A stretch of DNA of 55,865 bases from a virus (Duplodnaviria > Caudoviricetes), in the IMG/VR virus record IMGVR_UViG_3300024520_000090, positions 1-55,865 of that record, one strand, 5' to 3'. A program made the position numbers and the translations under genes. This document shows, in pieces, positions 36,746 to 47,094 of this stretch; position 1 is the stretch's first letter; each line of letters begins with the position of its first letter. Under the pieces are notes generated by a model that was not told where the DNA came from, searched no databases, and worked only from the letters and a program-made list of their open reading frames with translations.

Positions 36746-38834
36746 TGTTGTTAAACCTCGTTGTTACGGCTTTCCCCCTATCTTTAGCGAAGATCCCTCT
36801 TGATAGCTGTCCTGTAGACCGACCTCGCGTGCTCCCCATCAGTGCTTCTTCCGACTCTTCCTCAGTAGGCACTTCCGGTAGCAGCTTTGCTTCGTCCGCC
36901 ACAGTTTGGGGAGACCCCCCTGTAGGTAAGGCTGCCTCTTCTCGATCCGACCGCGCTTGCGCCAACACATTTGATACTGCTTCTTCTGCCGCAGCGGGCT
37001 GCTTAGGCGTGGCTTGGTTTCGTCGCTTCAACTCTTCATAACGTAGGACTTCATCTGGGTTTATGGCGTCTTTCCCGTAACGCTCGCGAGTCGATTCCAT
37101 CGCAGCCAGATCACCCTGTTCCCCTTCTAGAAGGGGCGCTTCGCCCATGTGCTCTACAGGCAGGATGTCTTCAAGGCCCTCGCCTAGCGGGTCATCGAAG
37201 AAGACCTGATCGACCTCCTTTAGCCCAATGTCCGCCTCATCTTGCTTATACCTGCGGGCGACTGCCGCTTTAATCCTCTTGTTCACCTCTTCACGAGGAG
37301 TCATCGGGGTAGCAGGGGCCTCAGGAGATGGCGCCTCGGGAGCCGCTTCGTGGCTAATGTCAGCTACGTCCAAACCTAGCATCTGGGCTTTATCTTCGGG
37401 AAAAGGGGCCCCCCTTGTTTTAAATAGACCTCCTTTTAGGCTAGCTTTAAACTTCTTCATCCCAGCTTGGGGGTAATCCACCCATTCCGTGTCACCCACC
37501 CTTCGGGTAGTCACTTCGTCTCCGTCCAGTCGGTACTCCCAGTCATCGTCGCCATCGACTGTGATAATAGTGCCGGGGGCCTCGGGGGCAACTGCTGCCG
37601 CCTCCTCGGGGGCCTCGGTCACAGGAGTCTCTGTCTCCACCGCAGCGGCAGGTTGAGCCGCTTGCGCGGAGGCAGCCACTTGCTCCCCGCGCCGAGCACC
37701 CTGGGCTAGTTGTCGCCCGGTCTGCTTTTCCTGCCGCCGGGCTTTCCTCCGCTCAATCTGGGCCACACGTAGAGCAGACCTCTTTTCCACGTCTGAAAAG
37801 GGCCTATCCTGTGCTGTACGCCCGTACAGTTTTTCCATGTGAGCGACAAACTCGGGGGTCTCGTAAATGTCTTCTCGTGTTTCCTTAATTGGTCTAGGGT
37901 GTCGTCCAATAGGACCACGCCCCATGACCTCATCAATCAGAGACTGTTGATCAGCGGTTAGGCCGGATGCGCCTGCACCTTGTGGCCCCCCCGATAGGGC
38001 TGCGCTCATCGCTTGTAGCTCGGCTTCACTGGCGCCTTTAAATGGGTCTGCCACCCCCACCGGGATCCCGCGTCTCTTCTGCTGGGCATCCTCAGCGGCC
38101 TTATCCAAGTCATACTTCTCGGCGTATTCTTCGTGAGCAGCCTTCTTTTGGTTGTATAACGAAAGGGCTTCCACTAAAGGTGTTTTGTCGTCATAACTCC
38201 CGGCATCCGTAGCCCTATGCTCTAGCTCCTGGAGAAACTCCTCCGGTGACATTCCCGATGCCTCTGCATATTTTTCCATGTACCCAAGTGCCTCTGCGGG
38301 CACCAACGTCCGCATCTGGGCAGCAAACGGACCTATCTGGGCGTCTACCCAAGGGGCGTCAGCCGTGGCCCCAAGTTGTGTCTGCAAGGCGGGGGAGAGG
38401 TTCGGGTACTTTAGCGTGACATGCTCCTCATGGAGATCCCTTACCCGCTGCTCCTCACCTGCGATGGCCTCGTACTCGGGACCCACTCTCGCCTCGGCGA
38501 TCTTGTAATCACCCTGTAGGGCGATCTCTGCCATCTTATCCCGTTGGGACTGTGCTGCGGCTAGCCTCTTTGAATCCCCTGACTGTTGGGCCTTTCTGAC
38601 AGCAAGTTCAGCCGAAAGTAACTCGTTGAGGCTGGTAATATCTGCGTCAATCTCAGAACGAGAACGGTGGTAGGGTGAGGTCGTTTTAGAATACTCCTTG
38701 GCCGCTCGGGGGTCTATGCCCCCCATTATGTCACCGAAGATGCCGAACCTGCGGCGCACTTCGCCCAAGGTGTAGTCCTTCTTCAGGCGCTGGAAGTCGT
38801 CTACCGAATCGGATAATGTTGGGTCTAATACCAT
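36735..38834 (-). CDS. Internal virion/ejection-type protein
   Basis: 699 aa, low-complexity A/E/P, coupled to the 1921-aa gene. Confidence 0.55.
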   Translation of the reverse strand: MVLDPTLSDSVDDFQRLKKDYTLGEVRRRFGIFGDIMGGIDPRAAKEYSKTTSPYHRSRSEIDADITSLNELLSAELAVRKAQQSGDSKRLAAAQSQRDKMAEIALQGDYKIAEARVGPEYEAIAGEEQRVRDLHEEHVTLKYPNLSPALQTQLGATADAPWVDAQIGPFAAQMRTLVPAEALGYMEKYAEASGMSPEEFLQELEHRATDAGSYDDKTPLVEALSLYNQKKAAHEEYAEKYDLDKAAEDAQQKRRGIPVGVADPFKGASEAELQAMSAALSGGPQGAGASGLTADQQSLIDEVMGRGPIGRHPRPIKETREDIYETPEFVAHMEKLYGRTAQDRPFSDVEKRSALRVAQIERRKARRQEKQTGRQLAQGARRGEQVAASAQAAQPAAAVETETPVTEAPEEAAAVAPEAPGTIITVDGDDDWEYRLDGDEVTTRRVGDTEWVDYPQAGMKKFKASLKGGLFKTRGAPFPEDKAQMLGLDVADISHEAAPEAPSPEAPATPMTPREEVNKRIKAAVARRYKQDEADIGLKEVDQVFFDDPLGEGLEDILPVEHMGEAPLLEGEQGDLAAMESTRERYGKDAINPDEVLRYEELKRRNQATPKQPAAAEEAVSNVLAQARSDREEAALPTGGSPQTVADEAKLLPEVPTEEESEEALMGSTRGRSTGQLSRGIFAKDRGKAVTTRFNNNAP

Positions 38835-38847
38835 TTGTCTCTCCCTC

Positions 38848-39195
38848 TCACCCGGTTAAGGCGCCTAGTCCTGCGGAAATGGGGCTCCCTTCTTTCGCTG
38901 TCGCTAGTGCAACCCCTGCATCGGCTACTTTGCCCCAATCTGCTCGTCGCCTGCCTACCTGCTTCTCCAACATGCCCAGGGCAGCCTGCCCTTGAGCCTG
39001 TTTAAGTTGGTGACTTAAGCCATAGGCGTCCTTTGGGTCTACCCCAGAGGCAATTTGTTGGTCAAGCTCCCCCTGTGTCAGCCCTGCATTCGCGGGGTCT
39101 GCGGCTGTCTGCGCTGCGCGTAGGGTTATATCTTTCATCCGAGCACCCGAGCGCATTCCGCCCAGTGCCCCTCGCTTATAATCTCCTAATGCCAT
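38848..39195 (-). CDS. Small Gly/Ala-rich internal virion protein candidate
   Basis: AGGAG RBS; composition and synteny. Confidence 0.5.
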   Translation of the reverse strand: MALGDYKRGALGGMRSGARMKDITLRAAQTAADPANAGLTQGELDQQIASGVDPKDAYGLSHQLKQAQGQAALGMLEKQVGRRRADWGKVADAGVALATAKEGSPISAGLGALTG

Positions 39196-39207
39196 GTTAT
39201 CTCCTAT

Positions 39208-40011
39208 CTACCGAAGACCCATCCCCGGTTCGCGTCCAGCTTCCGCTTGGGCGCTTTGTTCTAATTTAACTAGCTCGGCTTGGAGTAGCTCGATCTGACT
39301 TTTTATCTCTTCTGCTCGCGCCATATCTGCTTGAATGGCTTGGCGCTCCGGGGCTATGGCTGTGGCTCTTCGGGCTGCGTCTAAGATAGCCTCCTGGCCA
39401 CTGAACTCCCCATAGGGGGGAAACTTACCCAAGTCTGCCGTTTCCTCGTGGTACCGCACGCCCTGCCGAGAACCATGTGGGTCTATATTCTGGTAACCTA
39501 CTTCCGAGGGTAACGAGATGGGTTTGCCTTCTGCCCTCTGAGTAATCATGGCATCAACCGTATCCATCGAATACTTGTGGGGGCTTAGCTCAGTTATCGG
39601 TAGGCCAGTTAGCTGGCTGAAAAGGATAAGCTTAGGTAGGGCATTACTCAGTTCGTCGCTATCCACAAGCCCGTACCGCTCTCTTAGTTGGTTTGCCTCT
39701 ACCACCTGTTTCTCCGAAACGTCGGTTTGCCCCTGACCCAGAAGTGGCTGCGTCATACCAGGGGGCCGCCCTTCGACTGGGGCGTAGATCGCCGCTACGT
39801 CTTCGTAGGACAGAGCCTGCTCTGGGGTAAAGCCGTACCTCTCGTTAAGAGACTGCTCCAGTACATTCCGTGCTACACCTAAGCGTCCCTCCTGGGAGAG
39901 GATGTCATCTCCGGGGGGTAGCGGTGGTGGTACCTGCGATGCCCTGGGCGTATTCACCGGGGCTGGTATAGGCGCCGCTCCCACATCCTCCTCCTGACTC
40001 CATGATGCCAT
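39208..40011 (-). CDS. Hypothetical virion protein
   Basis: GGAGG RBS, 267 aa. Confidence 0.6.
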   Translation of the reverse strand: MASWSQEEDVGAAPIPAPVNTPRASQVPPPLPPGDDILSQEGRLGVARNVLEQSLNERYGFTPEQALSYEDVAAIYAPVEGRPPGMTQPLLGQGQTDVSEKQVVEANQLRERYGLVDSDELSNALPKLILFSQLTGLPITELSPHKYSMDTVDAMITQRAEGKPISLPSEVGYQNIDPHGSRQGVRYHEETADLGKFPPYGEFSGQEAILDAARRATAIAPERQAIQADMARAEEIKSQIELLQAELVKLEQSAQAEAGREPGMGLR

Positions 40012-40877
40012 TATTCACCTCCCCCTTTTCTAAATGCAGCATAACGTAGTGAGCGTGCCCACACACGTGCTTGTCTCTGGGCGCGGTATGTAAATGCCCC
40101 ATCGGTTGAATTAACCGGGGCTTCCTGTGGTTTTTGTTGATCTGTTATCCCATCGAACCCGCTTCCGAGTAGACGCAAACTAGCGGAGTGCCATCCGGGA
40201 GACATTGTTGCCGTGTGATGGCCATGCCAATACCGGTTCTTAACCATCCCGACATGACACTCATCATTGAGGTCCCAGGGCGTGTTACTTGTTGTATCGG
40301 CTGGATCCCAAGTTGCTCCCAGTCCTTCCTTTATCAAGGCATAAATAGACCGACTAGCTTGACGAAGCTGCCCCTCAACGAAGCCGTCATCGAGGAAAAA
40401 GGCGAGGACCGTGTCGGAGCCCGGTTGGGTCCGACTATCCCCTCCACTAGACCTATTTCCGACCCGTGAGTCATTTCCCCAGAGTACGGTCCAGGTAAAG
40501 ACCACGAGAGAGGTCTCGGGCAAATAGAAGGTAGTGGCGCCTCCTGGTATTGGTTTGAAGTCAGCCAGGTAGTCCCTTGGATCGGCCCACACGCCCCCAT
40601 AATTCGTACTCAAACCAATACTCTTAAACCAGTAGTCGAAATAGTCTAAGTTCGCTGTACCTGCCGAGTGACCTGTTGTCTGAAAGGTGTTCTCCTGGAC
40701 TTGGTCGTAAGTTACCTGGGTGAAAGAGGCGTCTGCGTTGTCCTTATCTAGCCACCCGTTTATCCCCTCAAGTGACACGGGCACAGCCGCAGGGAGGTAG
40801 AAGACCTCACTGATCTCAGTACCTGTGGGGGTATCTCCATTAACGAATGGCGTATTGATGAGGTTGATGGTAGGCAT
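40011..40877 (-). CDS. Tail-associated structural protein
   Basis: 288 aa, coupled, downstream of the nozzle-like gene. Confidence 0.55.
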   Translation of the reverse strand: MPTINLINTPFVNGDTPTGTEISEVFYLPAAVPVSLEGINGWLDKDNADASFTQVTYDQVQENTFQTTGHSAGTANLDYFDYWFKSIGLSTNYGGVWADPRDYLADFKPIPGGATTFYLPETSLVVFTWTVLWGNDSRVGNRSSGGDSRTQPGSDTVLAFFLDDGFVEGQLRQASRSIYALIKEGLGATWDPADTTSNTPWDLNDECHVGMVKNRYWHGHHTATMSPGWHSASLRLLGSGFDGITDQQKPQEAPVNSTDGAFTYRAQRQARVWARSLRYAAFRKGGGE

Positions 40878-41773
40878 TAGGGATTGATCTCAACATGGAA
40901 TGGGATGACGCTTAAGTTGGCTTCTCGATAGTAGCCAGCCCCTTCACCAGGAGTCAGATTGGGGTTCCCCCCGGTACCATAGCCGTCAGGAAACTGGTCG
41001 TTACCCAAGTCTACCACACCCCCAACAACCCTAAAACCCCCAACGTCGGACTTGGCAAAGTTATTCTCGTCGAGCCACAACCGCAAGGGGATGTCCTGGA
41101 AGGTATAAACATCCTGTTCGAGGTAATTACCTTCAGTGCCGCCTGCGGCATCTCGGGTTCGGTCAAAAGGCCCATCTCCTAGAGGTGTCCCCGCAGGGAA
41201 CACAGGGCCAGCCGCTCCTCCGGGGGGGGGCTCGGTCACAGAAATAATGCGCTCATTTGAGAACCGCTCGGATAAGGAGATTGCATTCCAAATGCCCGTG
41301 CTGTCGTCCAGGTACTGGACCTGAATCATAAACCCTAGCGGGCCCTCCTTGAGTCTAAAAGAAAGCGAAGCCCGCATAAAGTGGACATTTGCTAGGATCA
41401 AGACCCCACCAACTTTTTGGGCTCCTGCCATCCCTGCCCCAAAGTTAATTGGGCTATTAAACATGATCTCCAGGTCCTGGACGCCATCGCTTAGGACTGT
41501 TTGGTTATTATTCCCCTGCCCCACGTACACGTCATCCGTTACTTGGTCTGTCGTGGGGTTAATCTTAACCGTAAATCCAGAGGTAAACTCTTCCCCGGCA
41601 ATGATGCCCGTTGCTGGGAGATGCACTTCTTGGAAAGCCCCTCGTTTTGCTGCATAGGGCATTATTGCGTTAATACCAAACCCAGGCGCTCCCGTAGCAC
41701 CGAACCGACTATTAAGCGCGAATGCGTCAAACACGGTGCCTTCAACAAGATAGGGGTAGACTAAATCAGGCAT
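40877..41773 (-). CDS. Tail-associated structural protein
   Basis: 298 aa, coupled. Confidence 0.55.
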   Translation of the reverse strand: MPDLVYPYLVEGTVFDAFALNSRFGATGAPGFGINAIMPYAAKRGAFQEVHLPATGIIAGEEFTSGFTVKINPTTDQVTDDVYVGQGNNNQTVLSDGVQDLEIMFNSPINFGAGMAGAQKVGGVLILANVHFMRASLSFRLKEGPLGFMIQVQYLDDSTGIWNAISLSERFSNERIISVTEPPPGGAAGPVFPAGTPLGDGPFDRTRDAAGGTEGNYLEQDVYTFQDIPLRLWLDENNFAKSDVGGFRVVGGVVDLGNDQFPDGYGTGGNPNLTPGEGAGYYREANLSVIPFHVEINP

Positions 41774-41774
41774 C

Positions 41775-42569
41775 TTATCTCCTTAACTCCAGGATAATAA
41801 CTTGACGCGTATTCACCAGTTTTCTCCACCAAGCCACGGTGACAGCAGGATTAGGGGCGACTGGTTTTGGTCGGCTTGGTTGAGGGGTTGCCACTACAAT
41901 CTCAATCGTATGCTGACCAGGAGACACAGGGACAATCGCCTCAACCACAATCCCTGCATGGAGAGCAGCCGGTGCGGGGCTATTAAACGAAAGGATGCCG
42001 CACCCAGGGGGGGTAGCTCGATAGGTCGTAGTGGTCATTTTATCATTCGTTAGATCGCCTGATCCCACCAAGGATTGCTCCAAGACCTGGCCATTGAGCC
42101 TCACAGCAAACATAGCTCCGAATGCTGTATATTCAGATCGATTAAACTGGGTGGCAGCCGCTGTACCGGGGCTTTGAATATCGTCTCGGTACCAGGGTAG
42201 CCGAGTTGCCATTGAGGCTAAGATCCATAGAGTACCTCCCGTGCTATCTACTGTAAGGGTGAGGTCGTCAATCGGTTGCCACGTTTTAGTCTCCTCAATC
42301 ACGAAAGCACCGGGTGCGATCACATCTCCTCTCGGCTCGGGGTCAGTGCTGGCTACCCCAGGATAAACTAGCATTTCGTTACGCCAGGCCCGCATACCGA
42401 CGTCATCGGCTAAATCTGTTAGCCTATTCGACCAAGACCCCGCTGCCCAGTTGTGCTCGTTCAGTTCGCCACTAGCTTCCTCAACAACACCACGGAAGTT
42501 CTCATTGACATCATCAATTTCAATCACACCGACATTTGATACACGGTGCCTCGGATACTTCCAAGCCAT
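41775..42569 (-). CDS. Tail-associated structural protein
   Basis: 264 aa. Confidence 0.55.
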   Translation of the reverse strand: MAWKYPRHRVSNVGVIEIDDVNENFRGVVEEASGELNEHNWAAGSWSNRLTDLADDVGMRAWRNEMLVYPGVASTDPEPRGDVIAPGAFVIEETKTWQPIDDLTLTVDSTGGTLWILASMATRLPWYRDDIQSPGTAAATQFNRSEYTAFGAMFAVRLNGQVLEQSLVGSGDLTNDKMTTTTYRATPPGCGILSFNSPAPAALHAGIVVEAIVPVSPGQHTIEIVVATPQPSRPKPVAPNPAVTVAWWRKLVNTRQVIILELRR

Positions 42570-42577
42570 GTGGCCCC

Positions 42578-45013
42578 CTATGGTGGTATTCTAGCGCCAC
42601 CAGCACCTCGAAGCGACTCGGCTATCTGGACCCCAACGAATTCCCACTTTCCTACGCCGCGAATGCGGAACTTAAAGACTTCGGCAGAAGGCACGTAGAC
42701 AGCGGCTCGTGTCCAATAAGGGCGCTTTTTCTGCCACAGATCATCCGAGCCTAGAGCGGTCTCTGACCAGAAGTCTGGGACGTCGTCCCCTGCATACCGA
42801 GTCGCTGTAGTCGTCTCGATAACTGTATTACGCCAGTCCCGCATGACCTCAATAGTCAGCGTGAGATTAGCCGTTTCTCGCAACCACAGATAGAGAACCT
42901 GCCCCGTCTTGCGCTCTTTTGACGTTGCGGCAGTAAGCCACGCTGTCTCGACGACCGCTTCTCTTGAAGCGATTGCTACTGGTCCATACGTGACTGCCTC
43001 GTGGTCAAGTACCCAAACACCGTTGGTGTTACCCACCTTACCAGAAGCCACCATATAGTCACGGTGGTCCCGCGTAACGCACACATCAGTGGCTCCCACG
43101 TCCGTGCGAGTGCGCCACCCAACGCCATCGTAGATAAAACAGCGGTTATTAGAAATACCGCCGTCAAATGAAACCCAGCACCTATACTCACCTGTTTTGT
43201 TGTCTACCGCAGCGCAGGCCTGACGTCTTCTACTTTGAGTCACTCGATCGACAAACGTGTCCACATCCGTAGAGATGAGAGTGACCCCTCTACTATAGTC
43301 ATCCACCCCGCTGAAGGCATAAAAGCCATCTGTACCTAACCAGACGACCACGCCGGTTTTTAACGTTCGTACTGAATTGGGTGCGGTGCAGCCTACTTCA
43401 GAACTAATGGTAACAGAAGTAAAGCCCGTGCCATCCGTGTTCGGAGTAACAAGGTATGTGGACCCCTCAGTGAAGACAAGTAGACCCTGCGGAATATGCC
43501 ATAGACCTGTAATCTCAGCCCCTCTGGGATCAGGGTACATCTCCTGGCCGCGCAAAAAGGTGCCCCAGAGACCTGGGACTGATGGATGCAGTAGTCCAGG
43601 CGCATCTTTGGTGTTGGCAGCCCAGAGGCGCCCAAATGCCACACGACAGAGCTTGAACACAGGTACTGGGGCTACATCGGGGGCTTCTTGCGTAAGCCAG
43701 GGATCAGGGATGTTATCCGGGTACGTGTCTACGACATTATCCGGGAGTGTAATCGGGGGTGCCTGGGCTCCCATGGCGCTTAGTGGCAGCGCAAAGTACT
43801 TGGCCGTGCCAGAGTGCTTGAGGTCCTGTGTTCGGTAAAGAATACGCCCTATGGTGCGTCTTGGTCCCCGGTCCAAACCAGACCAGGCAATCTGTTTCCG
43901 AGCCCTGTCCGCTTGAGCCACATAGGACTGGCCCTTGAATGAATAAGGAGGGGCTGCACCAGGAGGGAACAAACCGGTCCCTAATTTATCCGTTATGACG
44001 AAGTCCGTAGCATACTGCTGCTCAAACGTGACTTCATTGCTCTCACCAGAGAGCGGGGAGAGGTTACCCCACTGATCGACAAACTGAGCCCGACAACGCC
44101 ATGCACCAGGCTCTAACCAACCACCAACAGTAAAGGCCCCTGCTGCCACTGGGTCAATAGGTCTGCGTGAGTCGTTATACCGGACTGGGCCCTCAGGCGT
44201 AGGGTCCCCTCCTCTCCCTCCTGGTATGTCAACCGGGTTGACGATTGTGCCTGCACCGGCAAAGTTGGTTGGGTTCCTAGTGAGGCCTAACCGGCCATGG
44301 CCAAACGAGGCGACCATACCTGTCGGGCGCCCTTGTAAAGCGTCCCGAGCATAATCGGCGTCATTTGTGCCTGACTTGCGTCGAAAAGTAGGTTTACCCG
44401 AAGTTGTCTCATCTGCGCTAGGGATCACATCGGTCACCCCAGCATAGTCAGGGATGTCTAAGGAGTTGCTAGGCCCATGTCCCACAGGCGCACCAGGAGC
44501 CTCAGTATAACCCAGAGGAGCAATAGTCGTACCATCATAGAAGTAGGCTCGGGCGTTCTGGGGGACAATAACAATACCATTCTGAGTTGCCTCGAACTGG
44601 GTGGGAAAGTCGGGACGCTTTGAATTGAGGATCTCCGCAGTCTCCGTTGCCGCTGAGAACCCAATTAGCTTGCTCCAACGCCTGTTCCAGCCTTCAAACT
44701 CCCATATCTCTGCCCCCGTGTGTACGAGCAGAATGTCCCGTGGGCCGCCTTGGCCCAAGGTTGCATGAAAAACCCCATGCGTGTCCCCGTACTGGGGCAC
44801 AGTGACATCGGCCTCGGTTGCACTCGCAGGTGCTCCTCCCGTGGCATAATCCGGCAGTAAAGGTAGGGGCCCTTCGACAGAGCGTAGGGTCCCCTCCTCT
44901 GTAGGACACAAGTTACTAACTCGTGCCCCCATGTCGTCGGGTAAGAATAAGTTACCGCTCGCGATCCGAATCGCAAGGGGACCTACTTCCACCCTGGTTC
45001 GGTCGTCTGCCAC
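42578..45013 (-). CDS. Tail nozzle / tubular protein B-like (beta-propeller)
   Basis: 811 aa; NLCPTEEGTLR, AFGRLWAA, LLVFTE, GCTAPNSV and WLGTDGFY patterns typical of podovirus nozzles. Confidence 0.7.
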   Translation of the reverse strand: MADDRTRVEVGPLAIRIASGNLFLPDDMGARVSNLCPTEEGTLRSVEGPLPLLPDYATGGAPASATEADVTVPQYGDTHGVFHATLGQGGPRDILLVHTGAEIWEFEGWNRRWSKLIGFSAATETAEILNSKRPDFPTQFEATQNGIVIVPQNARAYFYDGTTIAPLGYTEAPGAPVGHGPSNSLDIPDYAGVTDVIPSADETTSGKPTFRRKSGTNDADYARDALQGRPTGMVASFGHGRLGLTRNPTNFAGAGTIVNPVDIPGGRGGDPTPEGPVRYNDSRRPIDPVAAGAFTVGGWLEPGAWRCRAQFVDQWGNLSPLSGESNEVTFEQQYATDFVITDKLGTGLFPPGAAPPYSFKGQSYVAQADRARKQIAWSGLDRGPRRTIGRILYRTQDLKHSGTAKYFALPLSAMGAQAPPITLPDNVVDTYPDNIPDPWLTQEAPDVAPVPVFKLCRVAFGRLWAANTKDAPGLLHPSVPGLWGTFLRGQEMYPDPRGAEITGLWHIPQGLLVFTEGSTYLVTPNTDGTGFTSVTISSEVGCTAPNSVRTLKTGVVVWLGTDGFYAFSGVDDYSRGVTLISTDVDTFVDRVTQSRRRQACAAVDNKTGEYRCWVSFDGGISNNRCFIYDGVGWRTRTDVGATDVCVTRDHRDYMVASGKVGNTNGVWVLDHEAVTYGPVAIASREAVVETAWLTAATSKERKTGQVLYLWLRETANLTLTIEVMRDWRNTVIETTTATRYAGDDVPDFWSETALGSDDLWQKKRPYWTRAAVYVPSAEVFKFRIRGVGKWEFVGVQIAESLRGAGGARIPP

Positions 45014-45246
45014 TAGCTCGCCTTACGTCGCCGGATCTTTGTAGTCTGGAAAGTGGGAGTAGCTATCAGGGTATACTGGTCAAGGTCCTCCGTCCCCTCA
45101 GTCACTCGTTCTGTCGCGTAACCGTACAGTTCTAGCTTCCCTTGCTTAGATCCGTTTGTCTGGACAACGACGCTAGTACACAGTGCCTGGTACTCTCGTC
45201 CATTTAGTTCTTTGTGGTAAACACCACCGCAAATTAACTCAGTCAT
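45013..45246 (-). CDS. Small hypothetical protein
   Basis: AGGAG RBS, ATG at 45246. Confidence 0.6.
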   Translation of the reverse strand: MTELICGGVYHKELNGREYQALCTSVVVQTNGSKQGKLELYGYATERVTEGTEDLDQYTLIATPTFQTTKIRRRKAS

Positions 45247-45260
45247 CTTCTCTTCTCCTG

Positions 45261-47057
45261 TTAAGTCTTCACTGTCCACCATCGACGTAACTGCCCCCGC
45301 TGATCCCAGCCAGAGCGCGCTCGTGAAAAGCGCCTCAATGTCGGGACCGCAGGTGGTCGTAGATCGCCATACCGCTTTGACAGTGTAAATAAATTCTCTT
45401 GATAGCGCGAACGCGATAGTTCAGCCATCTGAGGGTTACCCATGTTCTCGTAGAGAAACATCAGGGCCCTATGAATAATGAGGTCTACAGCCTCCGCATG
45501 GACTAACGGGGCATCCTGATCATCGACGAGCTTAGGGGGGCGCCGCACGCAGCGTACATCCACTTCATAACGATCATCAGGATAAGGATAAAACTGAATA
45601 GCTTGGTAACCATGGATTTCACGTAGGCGTCGGTGGTAATCTGGGAGTATACGCCCATTATCGATAAAGATACCCGAATTAAATTCATCAATACGGTACT
45701 CGGCCAATAGGAAGAATGCCTTGGGGAGGTCCAGCTTTACTAAGCCAGCTACCGCAGCACCCCCATCTTGGGTCCCTACCCCTGTTGGGCCAATCGAGGT
45801 GGCTAAGGCAGCGTAGTTATTAAAGTCCTCCGCTACACGGCGCCGATAAATACGCACCCACCAGCCACTCTCGCGCCAATTCTTCCTACGCCAGAGAGTA
45901 GCTGCCGGGCCACCACCATCATCAAACCGTTGAGCACCAAGAGCTTGAAACCCCTGCATGTACTCAATATTCGGAAGAGTAAGTCTGATCGCAGGAGAAG
46001 GAGTAAAGACCGGCCCTTCCCCTTCAATCGCGTTTAATGTGGTTACCTGGGCCGATACAGGGGATGGAGACGACTCCCATAGAGGCTCTCTGAAACGACT
46101 TTGGGAGGCATCGATAGGCTGAGCAGGGTCTGTAAAAAACCCTGGGAACCCACCCTCAGGTTGTACATTCTCCCACTGATCTGCGTAACCCAAGTGGTAA
46201 CCCATCGTGGGGTTACGGAGCATAATATCCCGCTTACCCCAGCAATAAGTAATCACATATTCAAACGTACCTGCGGGCTCAGGTCCCAGCCACTTATGCC
46301 CTGGCTCCAATGCGGGATAACCTGCATCTGGGGGGACTGCCGGTCCAGGTAACTGGAAGTGCTCTCGCCTAAAGATGGTTCGGGGTAACCCATGCGCTGC
46401 TACTCTGGGGGTGTCAGCAAACGAGTACGTTTCGGCATCTTCCTGTCCTATCACATCTAGAGGCCAGTTCCTGTTCTGGTGCCACAGCCGCATTGAGCGC
46501 ACTTGCACAACGTCATCAGGAAGGTAATACTTCGCGGTGTAGATTCGATATTTAAACGGCCCCGTACCAAACTTATGGTAAGGCCAAGGAGTAACTACCG
46601 TTAGGCGATAAACTTCGAGTTCACCTACCCCTAGTGAGTTCTTATACACGGCACGTATTATATTCCGATACGTCGTTATCTTTCCTGTAGACGGGTCAGG
46701 GACATCAATCTCAAGCGTCCGACCGTCCCAGGACCGATCTACCTGCCATACCAAAGCATCTGGAGTGCCAATAGGGAGGTCACGCTGAAACACCCAGGGG
46801 TTCTGTTCATTAGGAACCATCGGGGCCGTTTCATCAAAGACTGTCAGAGAGATCGTGTCATTGTCCAACGTAGGGACAGCATCAGGCTGGGTGGCAAACT
46901 TAACCCGGGACTCGAAAAACATAAAAGGGGCTTCAAGACAAACGTCGTTGTAAGCCCGGTTAATGAAGCCATCAAGGCGCGCAACTGCCTCAGCCGACTG
47001 AGTAGGTGCCCAGTCGGTCTGAGAGAAGAGTGCATTGCGTATATCTTTTAGATTCAC
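45261..47057 (-). CDS. Head-tail adaptor (tubular protein A-like) with large insertions
   Basis: N-terminal MNLKDIR...FINRAY, YYLPDD, and C-terminal YPYPD...LVDDQDAPLV..LIIHRA adaptor patterns. Confidence 0.65.
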   Translation of the reverse strand: MNLKDIRNALFSQTDWAPTQSAEAVARLDGFINRAYNDVCLEAPFMFFESRVKFATQPDAVPTLDNDTISLTVFDETAPMVPNEQNPWVFQRDLPIGTPDALVWQVDRSWDGRTLEIDVPDPSTGKITTYRNIIRAVYKNSLGVGELEVYRLTVVTPWPYHKFGTGPFKYRIYTAKYYLPDDVVQVRSMRLWHQNRNWPLDVIGQEDAETYSFADTPRVAAHGLPRTIFRREHFQLPGPAVPPDAGYPALEPGHKWLGPEPAGTFEYVITYCWGKRDIMLRNPTMGYHLGYADQWENVQPEGGFPGFFTDPAQPIDASQSRFREPLWESSPSPVSAQVTTLNAIEGEGPVFTPSPAIRLTLPNIEYMQGFQALGAQRFDDGGGPAATLWRRKNWRESGWWVRIYRRRVAEDFNNYAALATSIGPTGVGTQDGGAAVAGLVKLDLPKAFFLLAEYRIDEFNSGIFIDNGRILPDYHRRLREIHGYQAIQFYPYPDDRYEVDVRCVRRPPKLVDDQDAPLVHAEAVDLIIHRALMFLYENMGNPQMAELSRSRYQENLFTLSKRYGDLRPPAVPTLRRFSRARSGWDQRGQLRRWWTVKT

Positions 47058-47094
47058 AGAACCCTCCCGTTAGGGTGATCCTACACCCAAAAGA

